A DNA stretch of 43,447 nucleotides, taken from NCBI GenBank assembly GCA_964633395.1, contig CAZWGZ010000003.1:1-43447 (forward strand), in the 5' to 3' direction. The DNA comes from an uncultured Rhodobacterales bacterium (GTDB taxonomy: Bacteria; Pseudomonadota; Alphaproteobacteria; Puniceispirillales; Marisalimonadaceae). Under the pieces are notes generated by a model, which was not told the origin of the DNA, did no database searches, and was given only the letters and a program-made list of their open reading frames with translations. The translations under genes were made by a program, and so were the position numbers. This document shows, in pieces, positions 25,521 to 34,448 of this stretch. The number at the start of each line of letters is the position of its first letter. Within the stretch, counting starts at the first letter, position 1.

Positions 25521-26411
25521 ATGGTAATGACTAAACTTAAAGGAATAATTGCACCCTTCACAACTCCATTTAGCCTAGATGGATCGATTGATCTCTCATT
25601 AGTAAAACCCCAAGTAGATTGGCTGATTGAAAATGGAGTTCATGGTTTAGCAGCTGGTGGAAGTACGGGTGAAGGCCATGTGTTAAACAGAGATGAATAT
25701 ATTTCTTTAATGGAAAAAACTTCTGAAGCGTTAGCAAGTAGAGTTCCATTAGTAGCAGGAATTATTGCAAACTCTACTGATGAAGTGATTGCAAGAGGAA
25801 AGTCCGTTAAAGCGCTTAATGTAGCTGCACTTCAAATAACTCCCCCTAGTTATCTTTTTAGACCAGACGATGATGCTATGGTTCGACATTTTCAAGAAAT
25901 TCATGAAGAATGTCAGATACCTATTTTAATATATAATGTGGTTCCATGGTGCTATTTATCACCTAATTTACTTTTAAGAATTATGGATGAGGTTCCAGGT
26001 GTTTTGGGTGTTAAACAAAGCGCAGGCGACATGAAACTTTTTGCAGACCTAATAAGAAGAGCTAAACCAGAAAATATGATCTTTAGCGCAGTTGACGCAC
26101 TTCTTTATTTATCTTATCAGCTCGGAGCTCCTGGTTCAATCGCAGCTATATTAACAGCTGCACCTGGTCCGTCAGTTGAGCTTTGGAATGCTGTAATTGA
26201 ACAAGATTGGACCAAAGCGCGGGACCTTCATGAAAAATTAATGCCATTATGGGATGCTATTGGTCTAGATAATATGCCATCACTTTGTAAGTATGCGCAA
26301 AAACTCCAAGGGCTCGAAACTGGCTTTGCAAGAAGACCAACTTCTCCAGCAACTGAAAAACAAAAAGAGGTTGTTAAGTCTGCATTAAAACATTTAAATC
26401 TAATAAAATAA
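25521..26411 (+). CDS. Dihydrodipicolinate synthase/N-acetylneuraminate lyase-family (class I aldolase/dehydratase) protein
   Basis: 296 aa. It has GGSTGEG (compare DapA GTTGE), IYNVVPW (the YN.P Tyr) and the Schiff-base Lys in GVKQSAGD. Substrate is unknown; it could be KdgD-like given the neighbouring udh. Confidence 0.75.
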   Translation: MVMTKLKGIIAPFTTPFSLDGSIDLSLVKPQVDWLIENGVHGLAAGGSTGEGHVLNRDEYISLMEKTSEALASRVPLVAGIIANSTDEVIARGKSVKALNVAALQITPPSYLFRPDDDAMVRHFQEIHEECQIPILIYNVVPWCYLSPNLLLRIMDEVPGVLGVKQSAGDMKLFADLIRRAKPENMIFSAVDALLYLSYQLGAPGSIAAILTAAPGPSVELWNAVIEQDWTKARDLHEKLMPLWDAIGLDNMPSLCKYAQKLQGLETGFARRPTSPATEKQKEVVKSALKHLNLIK

Positions 26412-26449
26412 CAAAAGGGTAGAGAAAATTAACCTAGTAGAGAAACAAA

Positions 26450-27409
26450 ATGAAACAAATCTATCCGCAACCTACTAAATCAATAATAACTGCAAAAAGT
26501 AATTTAAAAAAATGGGGCTATTGCCTTCTTGAAGACGCTATTCCAAGAGAATTAAATATATTGGCGTCTAAAAGATTACAAGAGCAGGCGCGTGCGGAAA
26601 AGCAATTAAATATAGCCTATGAAGATGGAAGCAAAGAAATAAAATGGGGAGATTTTGATAAAAATTCTAAAAGCTCAGGAATTAATCAAAGAGTATGGAT
26701 GTTACCTAATAAAGGGAAAGCTTTTTTAGATATTTTACAAAGTCATAATTACATAGATTGTGTCAAAAAAATAATTGGTAACGAGTTTTTAGTTTCTAGT
26801 TTTATTGCTAATATAGCAAAACCTGGAGGAATAGCTATGGATCTTCATACTGATCAATGGTGGCTTCCAGACCCAGTTAATAGAAATCATAATTTTCTTC
26901 CAGCAGGTTCTTTAAATAGGAAAAAGTTTGATATAAAGATCAATAAACCAATAATTAAGAATAATGAATTAATTTCTAGGCCAGCTGTTTCTAATGTATT
27001 AATTATGTTGAATGGCATGAATAAAGAAAATGGAGGGACATTAATTGTTCCCGGATCACATCTCTTTGGAAGACATCCTGATAAAAAGTTAGATAAAGGT
27101 ATTCAAACTATTTCAGCTGAAGGTCCCCCAGGATGCGCTATAATTACAGATGGAAGATTATGGCATGGCACTGGCGCGAATGTAAGTCGTCAAGATAGAT
27201 TGGCTATTCTGATAACATTTTGTGGCCCTCAATTTAGGCCACAAGAAAATTTTACACTTGGAATTAAAAAAAATATTTTTGCTAAATTATCTGAGTTTCA
27301 AAAAGAACTTCTTGGCTTTAAAGTATGGAATGGTTATGGAAGAATAGGAAACCCAACAGACCAATTTATTGATATTGAAAATAATTTAATTGGTGAACTA
27401 AAAGTTTAA
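26450..27409 (+). CDS. Phytanoyl-CoA dioxygenase (PhyH)-family Fe(II)/2-oxoglutarate oxygenase
   Basis: 319 aa. It has the HxD iron motif DLHTDQ, then GGTLIVPGSH, the distal His in GRLWHGTGAN and an Arg (SRQDR) for 2OG. Confidence 0.75.
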   Translation: MKQIYPQPTKSIITAKSNLKKWGYCLLEDAIPRELNILASKRLQEQARAEKQLNIAYEDGSKEIKWGDFDKNSKSSGINQRVWMLPNKGKAFLDILQSHNYIDCVKKIIGNEFLVSSFIANIAKPGGIAMDLHTDQWWLPDPVNRNHNFLPAGSLNRKKFDIKINKPIIKNNELISRPAVSNVLIMLNGMNKENGGTLIVPGSHLFGRHPDKKLDKGIQTISAEGPPGCAIITDGRLWHGTGANVSRQDRLAILITFCGPQFRPQENFTLGIKKNIFAKLSEFQKELLGFKVWNGYGRIGNPTDQFIDIENNLIGELKV

Positions 27410-27475
27410 AACTATTGCTAATATTTACGTTAACGATCATATCTTTTAACTTATATATTTAAATTGGTTTTCAGT

Positions 27476-28696
27476 ATGAGTTTTTTATTCCAAAATGCCA
27501 GATGGTTAACAGCAACTGGATTGCTTTATTTTTGTTCATGCTTTGGACAAACCTTCTTTATTTCTTTATTTGCAGGAGAAATTAGACAAGCTTTCAATCT
27601 ATCTCATGGAGATTGGGGATTTATATACTCTGGGGGCACACTAGCGTCAGCAATAGCCATGCTTTGTTTTGGTGGGTATATAGATAAATACAAGATAACA
27701 ATGAATATAAAAATTGTAATTATCTCACTAAGTCTCGTTTGTTTAGCTATGACATTTGTAGATTTAGTTTGGATCTTACCTTTAATTATTTTTGGCCTAA
27801 GATTTTTTGGACAAGGAATGCTCATTCACATTCCAGCTGTGGCTATTGGAAAATGGTATGGTAAAAATAAGGGAAAAGCGATATCACTTTCCATAATGGG
27901 CTTTTCAATAGGAGAAGCTATATTCCCCGTCATATTTGTGTCACTAATTATGTTGATTGGATGGAGAAATAGTTGGTTGGTTGGTACAGTAATATTACTT
28001 TTAATATTACCTATTATTATAAAATTATTATCAAATGAAAGAACTCCAAATAGTAAACAAGAAGATCTATCTGATCAAGTTGGAATGGAATCCAAACATT
28101 GGAAACGAAAGGATGTTCTTAAAAATTGGGTGTTTTGGGCTGTGATTATACCTTTTTTAATTCCACCAATTTTTTCAACTGCATTTTTTTTTAATATGGT
28201 TCACTTAACTGAAGTGAAAAATTGGTCCTTGATAACATTTACTTCGTTATTTCCTTTTTATACAGGCATGTCTATTTTAACAACTTTAACTTCAGGTTGG
28301 ATGCTTGATAAATTTGGGGTAGAAAAAATATTGCCTTACTATCTTTTACCAATGGCAACTGGGTTATTAATTTTTTCATATAGTAATACTTACCTAACAG
28401 CAGCAATGGGATTTGGTTTTCTTGGCATGACGCAGGGTTTAGCAATGACAATAGGTGGAACTTTTTGGCCAACGTATTATGGGACAAAAAATTTAGGATC
28501 TGTTCGATCTTTATCAACTTCTACAATGGTTTTTGGAACAGCAATAGGACCTGCTATTGTAGGAAAGTTATTAGATATAGACGTTAATTATAATTTCATC
28601 CTTTTAGTAATGAGTGTTTTGGCTGTTATAGCTAGTTTGTCTTTATGGATTACTATGTTAAAAGCACCTCAATTATTGCCAAGCAAACAAAAATAA
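27476..28696 (+). CDS. MFS transporter
   Basis: About 406 aa with 12 predicted TM segments in two halves and a central cytoplasmic loop (NERTPNSKQEDLSDQVG). The track start at 27464 is TTG; I prefer the ATG at 27476. Confidence 0.8.
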   Translation: MSFLFQNARWLTATGLLYFCSCFGQTFFISLFAGEIRQAFNLSHGDWGFIYSGGTLASAIAMLCFGGYIDKYKITMNIKIVIISLSLVCLAMTFVDLVWILPLIIFGLRFFGQGMLIHIPAVAIGKWYGKNKGKAISLSIMGFSIGEAIFPVIFVSLIMLIGWRNSWLVGTVILLLILPIIIKLLSNERTPNSKQEDLSDQVGMESKHWKRKDVLKNWVFWAVIIPFLIPPIFSTAFFFNMVHLTEVKNWSLITFTSLFPFYTGMSILTTLTSGWMLDKFGVEKILPYYLLPMATGLLIFSYSNTYLTAAMGFGFLGMTQGLAMTIGGTFWPTYYGTKNLGSVRSLSTSTMVFGTAIGPAIVGKLLDIDVNYNFILLVMSVLAVIASLSLWITMLKAPQLLPSKQK

Positions 28697-28710
28697 AAAA
28701 GGAGTTTGAT

Positions 28711-29160
28711 ATGTTAAATGTATATTTATCTGGTGAAATACATAGTAACTGGCGAGATGAAATTATTCAACTATGCCAAAACGAGAAATTAGAAATTTCT
28801 TTTTCTTCACCAATTACTAATCATGATGCCTCAGATAATTGTGGAGTTGAGATTCTTGGACCTGAAGAAAAGAATTTTTGGAAAGACAATAAAGGCGCTA
28901 AAATTAATTCTATAAAAACAAGAAAAGCAATAACTGATTGTGATTTAGTTGTAGTTAAATTTGGGGATAAATATAAACAATGGAATGCTGCTTTTGATGC
29001 TGGGGTTGCTTCAGCTTTAAATAAGTCGATTATTGTTATTCATAATGACGAACATCAGCATGCACTTAAAGAAATTGATGCTTCAGCATCAGCTGTGGCC
29101 AAAGATCAACATCAAGTTGTAAGAATACTAAAATATATTTTACAAGGATCATTGAATTAA
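28711..29160 (+). CDS. ytoQ: YtoQ-family protein (nucleoside 2-deoxyribosyltransferase-like fold, function unknown)
   Basis: MLNVYLSGEIHSNWRDEI...NHDASDNCGVEILG...FGDKYKQWNAAFDAG matches Bacillus YtoQ as I recall it. I moved the start to the ATG at 28711, preceded by GGAG at 28701. The track's 28645 start overlaps the MFS gene. Confidence 0.8.
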   Translation: MLNVYLSGEIHSNWRDEIIQLCQNEKLEISFSSPITNHDASDNCGVEILGPEEKNFWKDNKGAKINSIKTRKAITDCDLVVVKFGDKYKQWNAAFDAGVASALNKSIIVIHNDEHQHALKEIDASASAVAKDQHQVVRILKYILQGSLN

Positions 29161-29191
29161 TTTAATCAAACTTCAAGGGCAAGTATAAAAT

Positions 29192-29656
29192 ATGTTTCAT
29201 ATTATTTTATTTAATCCAGAAATACCTCCCAATACTGGGAATATAATAAGGCTAGCTGCGAATACTGGCGTTACTCTTCACTTAATTAAACCACTTGGCT
29301 TTAAGATAGATGATAATTCTTTAAAAAGGGCTGGATTAGATTATAAAAAAAATGCTACTTTTTTTATTCATGATGATTTAATTTCATGCATCCAATCAAT
29401 CAAATACAATAAAATTTACGCTTTAACAAAGTTTGCTAAAAGAACATATACTGAAATAAAGTTTTGTTCTGGAGACTGTCTATTATTTGGAAGTGAAACA
29501 AATGGATTGCCTCAGGAAATAATTGATACAATTAAGAAAGAGCATCAACTAAGAATACCTATGGTTGATGGAAGTAGAAGTTTGAATTTAAGTAATTCAG
29601 TAGCTATAACAATTTATGAGGCTTTAAGACAAAACTCTTTTATTGGTCAAGTATAA
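29192..29656 (+). CDS. trmL: tRNA (cytidine/uridine-34 2'-O)-methyltransferase (SPOUT)
   Basis: 154 aa. IILFNPEIPPNTGNIIRLAANTG...LKRAGLDY...FGSETNGLP...IPMVDGSRSLNLSNSVAITIYEALRQ is near-collinear with E. coli TrmL/YibK. Confidence 0.93.
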   Translation: MFHIILFNPEIPPNTGNIIRLAANTGVTLHLIKPLGFKIDDNSLKRAGLDYKKNATFFIHDDLISCIQSIKYNKIYALTKFAKRTYTEIKFCSGDCLLFGSETNGLPQEIIDTIKKEHQLRIPMVDGSRSLNLSNSVAITIYEALRQNSFIGQV

Positions 29657-29680
29657 TAGGGATAAAAATTTAGGGTTAAA

Positions 29681-30313
29681 ATGAATATTTATGAATGGTT
29701 AACAATTGTTTCTATTTGTCTCATTGGAGCCATAACCCCTGGGCCAAGCTTAATTATAATTCTGTATATTACAAATGCGAAGGGATTGTTGTCTGGAATA
29801 ATAGCTTCTATTGGTCATGGTTTTGGGATTCTTTTATACGCTATTCTTTCAATATATAGCATGAATTTATTACTTAAAATATCACCTGTAACAATTCAAA
29901 TCATACAAATATTAGGAGCATTTTTTTTAATTTTCATTGGTTGGAAAATATTGTTTTTCACACAAACTAAAAAAGGAAATAATGAAGTGTATAAAACGCC
30001 AAAGTCATTATTTGAGAGTTATTTAATTGGATTTACAGCGTCTTTGATTAACCCCAAAGTCATGATATTTTTTTCAGCTATTTTTAGTCAATTCTTAAAT
30101 GACGACTATAGCACTCAAACAAAATTTGGTATGGCTCTATTAGCAGGCATAATAGATGCTTTTTGGTATATATTAGCATCATTTTCTATAACATTTGCAA
30201 TAATTCAAAATTATATAAAAACAAAACAAAAAAATATTTTTATAATTTGTGGATCAATTTTAATATTTTTATCATTTTATCTAATATACAAATCATTGAT
30301 AAATTTACTTTAA
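29681..30313 (+). CDS. LysE/RhtB-family amino-acid exporter
   Basis: 210 aa and 6 TM. It has the N-terminal ITPGPSLIIILY (family PGP motif) and a central NPKVMIFF. Confidence 0.8.
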   Translation: MNIYEWLTIVSICLIGAITPGPSLIIILYITNAKGLLSGIIASIGHGFGILLYAILSIYSMNLLLKISPVTIQIIQILGAFFLIFIGWKILFFTQTKKGNNEVYKTPKSLFESYLIGFTASLINPKVMIFFSAIFSQFLNDDYSTQTKFGMALLAGIIDAFWYILASFSITFAIIQNYIKTKQKNIFIICGSILIFLSFYLIYKSLINLL

Positions 30314-31707
30314 TTTTTTTTATCAATTAAATTTTTATTTAAGCTAGAAAATGTATTAGATAAAGAAAGACTATTTGTTATTTCAATATCACTTATACTC
30401 ATCCATCTAATACTACTCAAAGCTTCACACTTGGGACAATGCAGTTCCCATTGATCGTTTTTAATACCACAAGATGAACAATGATAATGTTTTCCTTGAA
30501 TAGCATTTGCTGCTTTTTCTAAGTAATACTTAACTTTTTCTGCATTATTTTGAGAACCAGAAATATCGGCAAGAACCTGATACGCTTTATTTGTTAATTT
30601 TTCTTCTGGTATATCAGATAATAATTTATTAGCCTCTCCCCATATTTCTTTACTTACTGCGTAAGAGGCTATTTCTATTTTTAGATCATTTTTAATTTTA
30701 GTTGATATTTTTTTATTTAACATACTAATTGCTTTAGAAACTTTAGAACCTGAAGTTTTTAAATTCCATTTTTCTGACAACTCTAATAAGACGTCAGGAT
30801 GAGCAGTAATTAAAAATGTTCTTTCTAAAAAGATAATAGCCTTCGACAAAGATCCAATACCAGTAATCATATTTGATAATTTGATAGAAGCTAAAATATG
30901 CCCAGGATTAAGCCTCATAGCTTCTTTTAAAAAATTTATTGCTGCCTTATTATTTGATTCCTCAATAGATTTTAACGCGCTTAAATAATTTAAATCTGCT
31001 GCAATATTCTTAAAAGTAAGTTCATCCAAATATTTAAGATTTTTAATTGTTTTTAGATGTTTCAATGAATTAGTAACATCATTTATTTTAGCATATGAAA
31101 AAAGCAAGATTTCTAGAATTTGTTTTGATTCAGTTTCAAATTTTAGCGCCTGTTCAGCTTCATAAATAATGTCTATTAGGTCTGCTTTATTTAATATAGC
31201 TTGTCGCATAAGAGCTAAATGTCCTACAAATGCCGTCGTTGGGTCATCGGCTAAACTCTTAAAATAATTTTGTGGGATTTCTTTTTTATTTTCAGATTCA
31301 AAGTTTATATTATTTACAACATCTAAATGCTCTTTCAATAATTTACCAAGTTTTTTATCTTTAGTATTTTGTGAAATTAAAGCAGCTTCTTTTGCTGCTA
31401 AAATAAACTCTCCATGGCTGGCGAGTAAGAAAGCTTTAACTAATTTATGTTCAACTTTTTGATTTTTTTTTGCTTCTAACCTCCGAAGGGTTAATTTCGG
31501 AATATTAAAAATAAATATTAAAATTCTATCAATAAAGATTAAAAGCGCAGCAAATATTATTAAAATAAATATAAGTCTATCCGTTGGAAGTTCGATACCC
31601 CAACCAATCCAATTAATAGTTGTAGTTCCTTCTGTATTAGCAATAAAATTTGATATATACCAAATAATTGCTATAAAAATAATTAATTTTAGAATTCTAA
31701 ATATCAC
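30310..31707 (-). CDS. HemY-like protein (HemY_N membrane anchor + TPR + C-terminal zinc ribbon)
   Basis: 465 aa. It has two N-terminal TM helices, a TPR-like middle and C-terminal CSSCGIKNDQWELHCPKCEALSSIRW. It sits in the last position of the hemC-hemD-x-hemY string. Confidence 0.75.
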   Translation of the reverse strand: MIFRILKLIIFIAIIWYISNFIANTEGTTTINWIGWGIELPTDRLIFILIIFAALLIFIDRILIFIFNIPKLTLRRLEAKKNQKVEHKLVKAFLLASHGEFILAAKEAALISQNTKDKKLGKLLKEHLDVVNNINFESENKKEIPQNYFKSLADDPTTAFVGHLALMRQAILNKADLIDIIYEAEQALKFETESKQILEILLFSYAKINDVTNSLKHLKTIKNLKYLDELTFKNIAADLNYLSALKSIEESNNKAAINFLKEAMRLNPGHILASIKLSNMITGIGSLSKAIIFLERTFLITAHPDVLLELSEKWNLKTSGSKVSKAISMLNKKISTKIKNDLKIEIASYAVSKEIWGEANKLLSDIPEEKLTNKAYQVLADISGSQNNAEKVKYYLEKAANAIQGKHYHCSSCGIKNDQWELHCPKCEALSSIRWMSISDIEITNSLSLSNTFSSLNKNLIDKKN

Positions 31708-31711
31708 TTAA

Positions 31712-32578
31712 TTATTCACCTAATATTTTTTTATTTAAAATTTGATCTGCTCTTAAAATAAATTCATTAATTGAACTTTTCCAACTTTTAGGCAACTGCC
31801 TTAGTAAATTAATTGCTTCTTGTATGTTTCCATTATCCATCTCTTTTTCTGCCTTTGTAATTAAAGAGCGTGGAGACATTTCTTCAGTAAACTGTCTTAA
31901 TTTAAAAGACCCAGCCAGGTATTGCTTTATCTGATCTAGATAATTTGTTTCATCTAATATATCTTTTTTATTTAAAACTAATCCTAAATCTTTCCTTTTT
32001 AAAAGATTTCCAATTATACTTTTTAATTCAACTATCAATAACTTTTCTTTTGTTTTCAGTTTGTTGTTTGATTTAAGATTTGATTGATATGATTTATTAT
32101 TTTTTACAATAAGATTACTTGTTACATTACCTTTAGAAAGTTTTTTATTTTCTTCTATCTTAGTAATTTTGTCTGAAATTAATTCGATCTGATTTTCCAA
32201 GGAAAAGATTACTTTCTTTATATTATCAAGGTCAATTTTGGTTGTGTTATTATTATTTTGTATATCTACATTTGCTAATTTATTACTTAAATCAATCGAG
32301 TTCTGTCTAATTTTAGCAATGTCCTTACCTAACAATTTACTATTATTTTGAATTTGATCTATTACTTTTTCTAAGTTAGAGCTTTTAGAATTCAATTGAT
32401 TAGGTATATAAAATTCAATTACCCAATAAAAAAACGAGAGTGAAATGATCGTAACTAAAAAACTTAGAAAAAGAGATATATAGATTATTATTTTTAATTT
32501 TTTTTCTTGGTAAACAGGCCCCATATCTATTATGGGTTCACTATCCATTTTGTTGGGCTGACTTTTAGACGCCACCAT
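31712..32578 (-). CDS. mic60: Alphaproteobacterial Mic60 (mitofilin-domain)-like coiled-coil membrane protein
   Basis: 288 aa. It has one N-terminal TM (IIIYISLFLSFLVTIISLSFFYWVI), a long Lys/Asn/Ile-rich coiled-coil region and a C-terminal LITKAEKEMDNGNIQEAINLLRQLPKSWKSSINEFILRADQ resembling the mitofilin C-terminal signature. It occupies the conserved position between hemD and the hemY-like gene. Confidence 0.55.
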   Translation of the reverse strand: MVASKSQPNKMDSEPIIDMGPVYQEKKLKIIIYISLFLSFLVTIISLSFFYWVIEFYIPNQLNSKSSNLEKVIDQIQNNSKLLGKDIAKIRQNSIDLSNKLANVDIQNNNNTTKIDLDNIKKVIFSLENQIELISDKITKIEENKKLSKGNVTSNLIVKNNKSYQSNLKSNNKLKTKEKLLIVELKSIIGNLLKRKDLGLVLNKKDILDETNYLDQIKQYLAGSFKLRQFTEEMSPRSLITKAEKEMDNGNIQEAINLLRQLPKSWKSSINEFILRADQILNKKILGE

Positions 32579-32592
32579 TCTGATTTTCCTAA

Positions 32593-33339
32593 TTATTTAG
32601 TTGTTTGTACTATATGATCTAAGATATCTTTAGTAAAATTTTTCTTAATAATTTTCACGTGTTTCCAACCTATTTTTTTTGCTTTTTGGCTTACATTAGA
32701 ACTATTGACTAATAAAATGGCTTTATCATTAACTTTTTCAAATAAATTATATTGTTCTAAAAGAATTTTGCTTAACAAAACATTTCTTGATGATAAAATA
32801 AGAAGATTGCAATTTTTAGAATTTACTAAACTATCTATATTATTTTCTGCTATCTCATTAATAGGTAGCATTTTATATGACTCGTAAATTTCAAGTCTTC
32901 TATTTTTTAACTTAAGCATTGACTGCAAATCAAAGCTTCTATCTTTAGCCGTTATCCAAAGTCCCTTATCATTCTGTAAAGTTTTATTTAAAATTAATTG
33001 AAATAGAGCCTTTGAATTTCCATTAGCATGAAAAACATTCTTATACTTTTCATTTTTTAATTTTTTATTTGTTTCTAATCCTATAGCAAATATATTAGTT
33101 TTTTTAGAAACGCTGTAAGCATCAGACAATATTAAATTATTTAATGTATGTACAGCTTTAGGACTTGTTATAACTAAGTAGTCAAAATCAATTATTTCAA
33201 TTGTTGGATCAAAATATTCTAAATAAACAATTGGAAGAGATTCTGCAAAAACACCTTTATCTCTCAAGTATTTTGCATTCAATAAAGCATCTTCTTTTTC
33301 CCGAAGTATAAACGTTATTGTATCTAAACTTGTAAACAA
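32593..33339 (-). CDS. hemD: Uroporphyrinogen-III synthase
   Basis: 248 aa, a size and two-domain layout typical of the poorly conserved HemD family (ITSPKAV; LLVNSSNV). It lies immediately downstream of hemC (24-nt gap). The call is mostly positional. Confidence 0.6.
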   Translation of the reverse strand: MFTSLDTITFILREKEDALLNAKYLRDKGVFAESLPIVYLEYFDPTIEIIDFDYLVITSPKAVHTLNNLILSDAYSVSKKTNIFAIGLETNKKLKNEKYKNVFHANGNSKALFQLILNKTLQNDKGLWITAKDRSFDLQSMLKLKNRRLEIYESYKMLPINEIAENNIDSLVNSKNCNLLILSSRNVLLSKILLEQYNLFEKVNDKAILLVNSSNVSQKAKKIGWKHVKIIKKNFTKDILDHIVQTTK

Positions 33340-33363
33340 AAAAACTCCTAAGATCTGAATTCT

Positions 33364-34284
33364 CTATTGATGCAAGATTTTATTACCACCTTTTGAAATT
33401 ATTTCTTTACCTAATTCTTGACCTAGTGAAACAGCATCTTCTTTTAAACCAGTTATACTTGATTTTATTACTAAAGTTCCATCTGATTTTGCTATTGCAC
33501 CATATAATATCAAGTTATTAGTTTCAGTTATATATGCACTTGATGAAATTGGTGAACGACAAGATCCATCTAAAAATCTTAAGAAACTTCGTTCAGCTAA
33601 AGTTTCATAATTAGTTTTTTCGTCATTAATATTGGAAAGTAAATTATTAATATCTATTTCTAAATTAGTTTTTTTGAAATTAGTTGATTGAATTGCTATT
33701 ACACCTTGAGTAGATGCAGGGGGCATTATTTCTTTTGGTATAATATGACCTAAGTTAATATTTAATCTATCTAGACCTGCTTTAGCTAAAATAATTCCAT
33801 CAAACTCTCCATTATTTAGCTTTTCAATTCTAGTGCCCACATTTCCTCTTAGCATTTTAATTATTAAATCAGGTCTATATGATTTTACAAATGCAGCTCT
33901 TCTAACAGAACTTGTTCCAATTAAAGCTCCATTCGGAAGTTCATCAAGGGAGGCATAGTTACCTAATAAAACATCACTTCTATCTCCTCTGGGCAAAACA
34001 GCAGCAATGACTGTATTTTTGGCTATTTCTGTCTCCATATCTTTCATTGAATGAACAGCTATATCCGCATCATCATTTAGGATGGTATTTTCTAATTCTT
34101 TTATAAATAATCCCTTGCCTCCTATATCAGCAAGAGATTTATCCAGCGTCTTATCTCCAGAAGTTACTATATCTAAGATATTTACTATAACATTTTGACC
34201 TAAATTTTGCTTTACCATATCTACTTGACGGAGCGCTAATAGAGATTTACGCGTGGCAATTCTTATTTTTAATGTCATTTTCAA
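33364..34284 (-). CDS. hemC: Hydroxymethylbilane synthase (porphobilinogen deaminase)
   Basis: 306 aa. It has IRIATRKSLLALRQ, GDK....L.DIGGKGLFIKELE, DIAVHSMKD, GTSSVRR, LRGNVGTRIEKL and the cofactor Cys in LDGSCRSPI. Confidence 0.95.
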   Translation of the reverse strand: MKMTLKIRIATRKSLLALRQVDMVKQNLGQNVIVNILDIVTSGDKTLDKSLADIGGKGLFIKELENTILNDDADIAVHSMKDMETEIAKNTVIAAVLPRGDRSDVLLGNYASLDELPNGALIGTSSVRRAAFVKSYRPDLIIKMLRGNVGTRIEKLNNGEFDGIILAKAGLDRLNINLGHIIPKEIMPPASTQGVIAIQSTNFKKTNLEIDINNLLSNINDEKTNYETLAERSFLRFLDGSCRSPISSSAYITETNNLILYGAIAKSDGTLVIKSSITGLKEDAVSLGQELGKEIISKGGNKILHQ

Positions 34285-34448
34285 TTCAATCGTATTTTAC
34301 TAAAATCAATAATTTATTTAAGTTAGCCTTAACCAATTTTTTAACATAAATATAGAAAATCTAAAAACTTACAATAGTAATTTGTATTTGCTTTACTGGA
34401 CTTTAACACTAATTTAGGCTTAAAAAGTGGTTAACTTAGGATAAAAAG

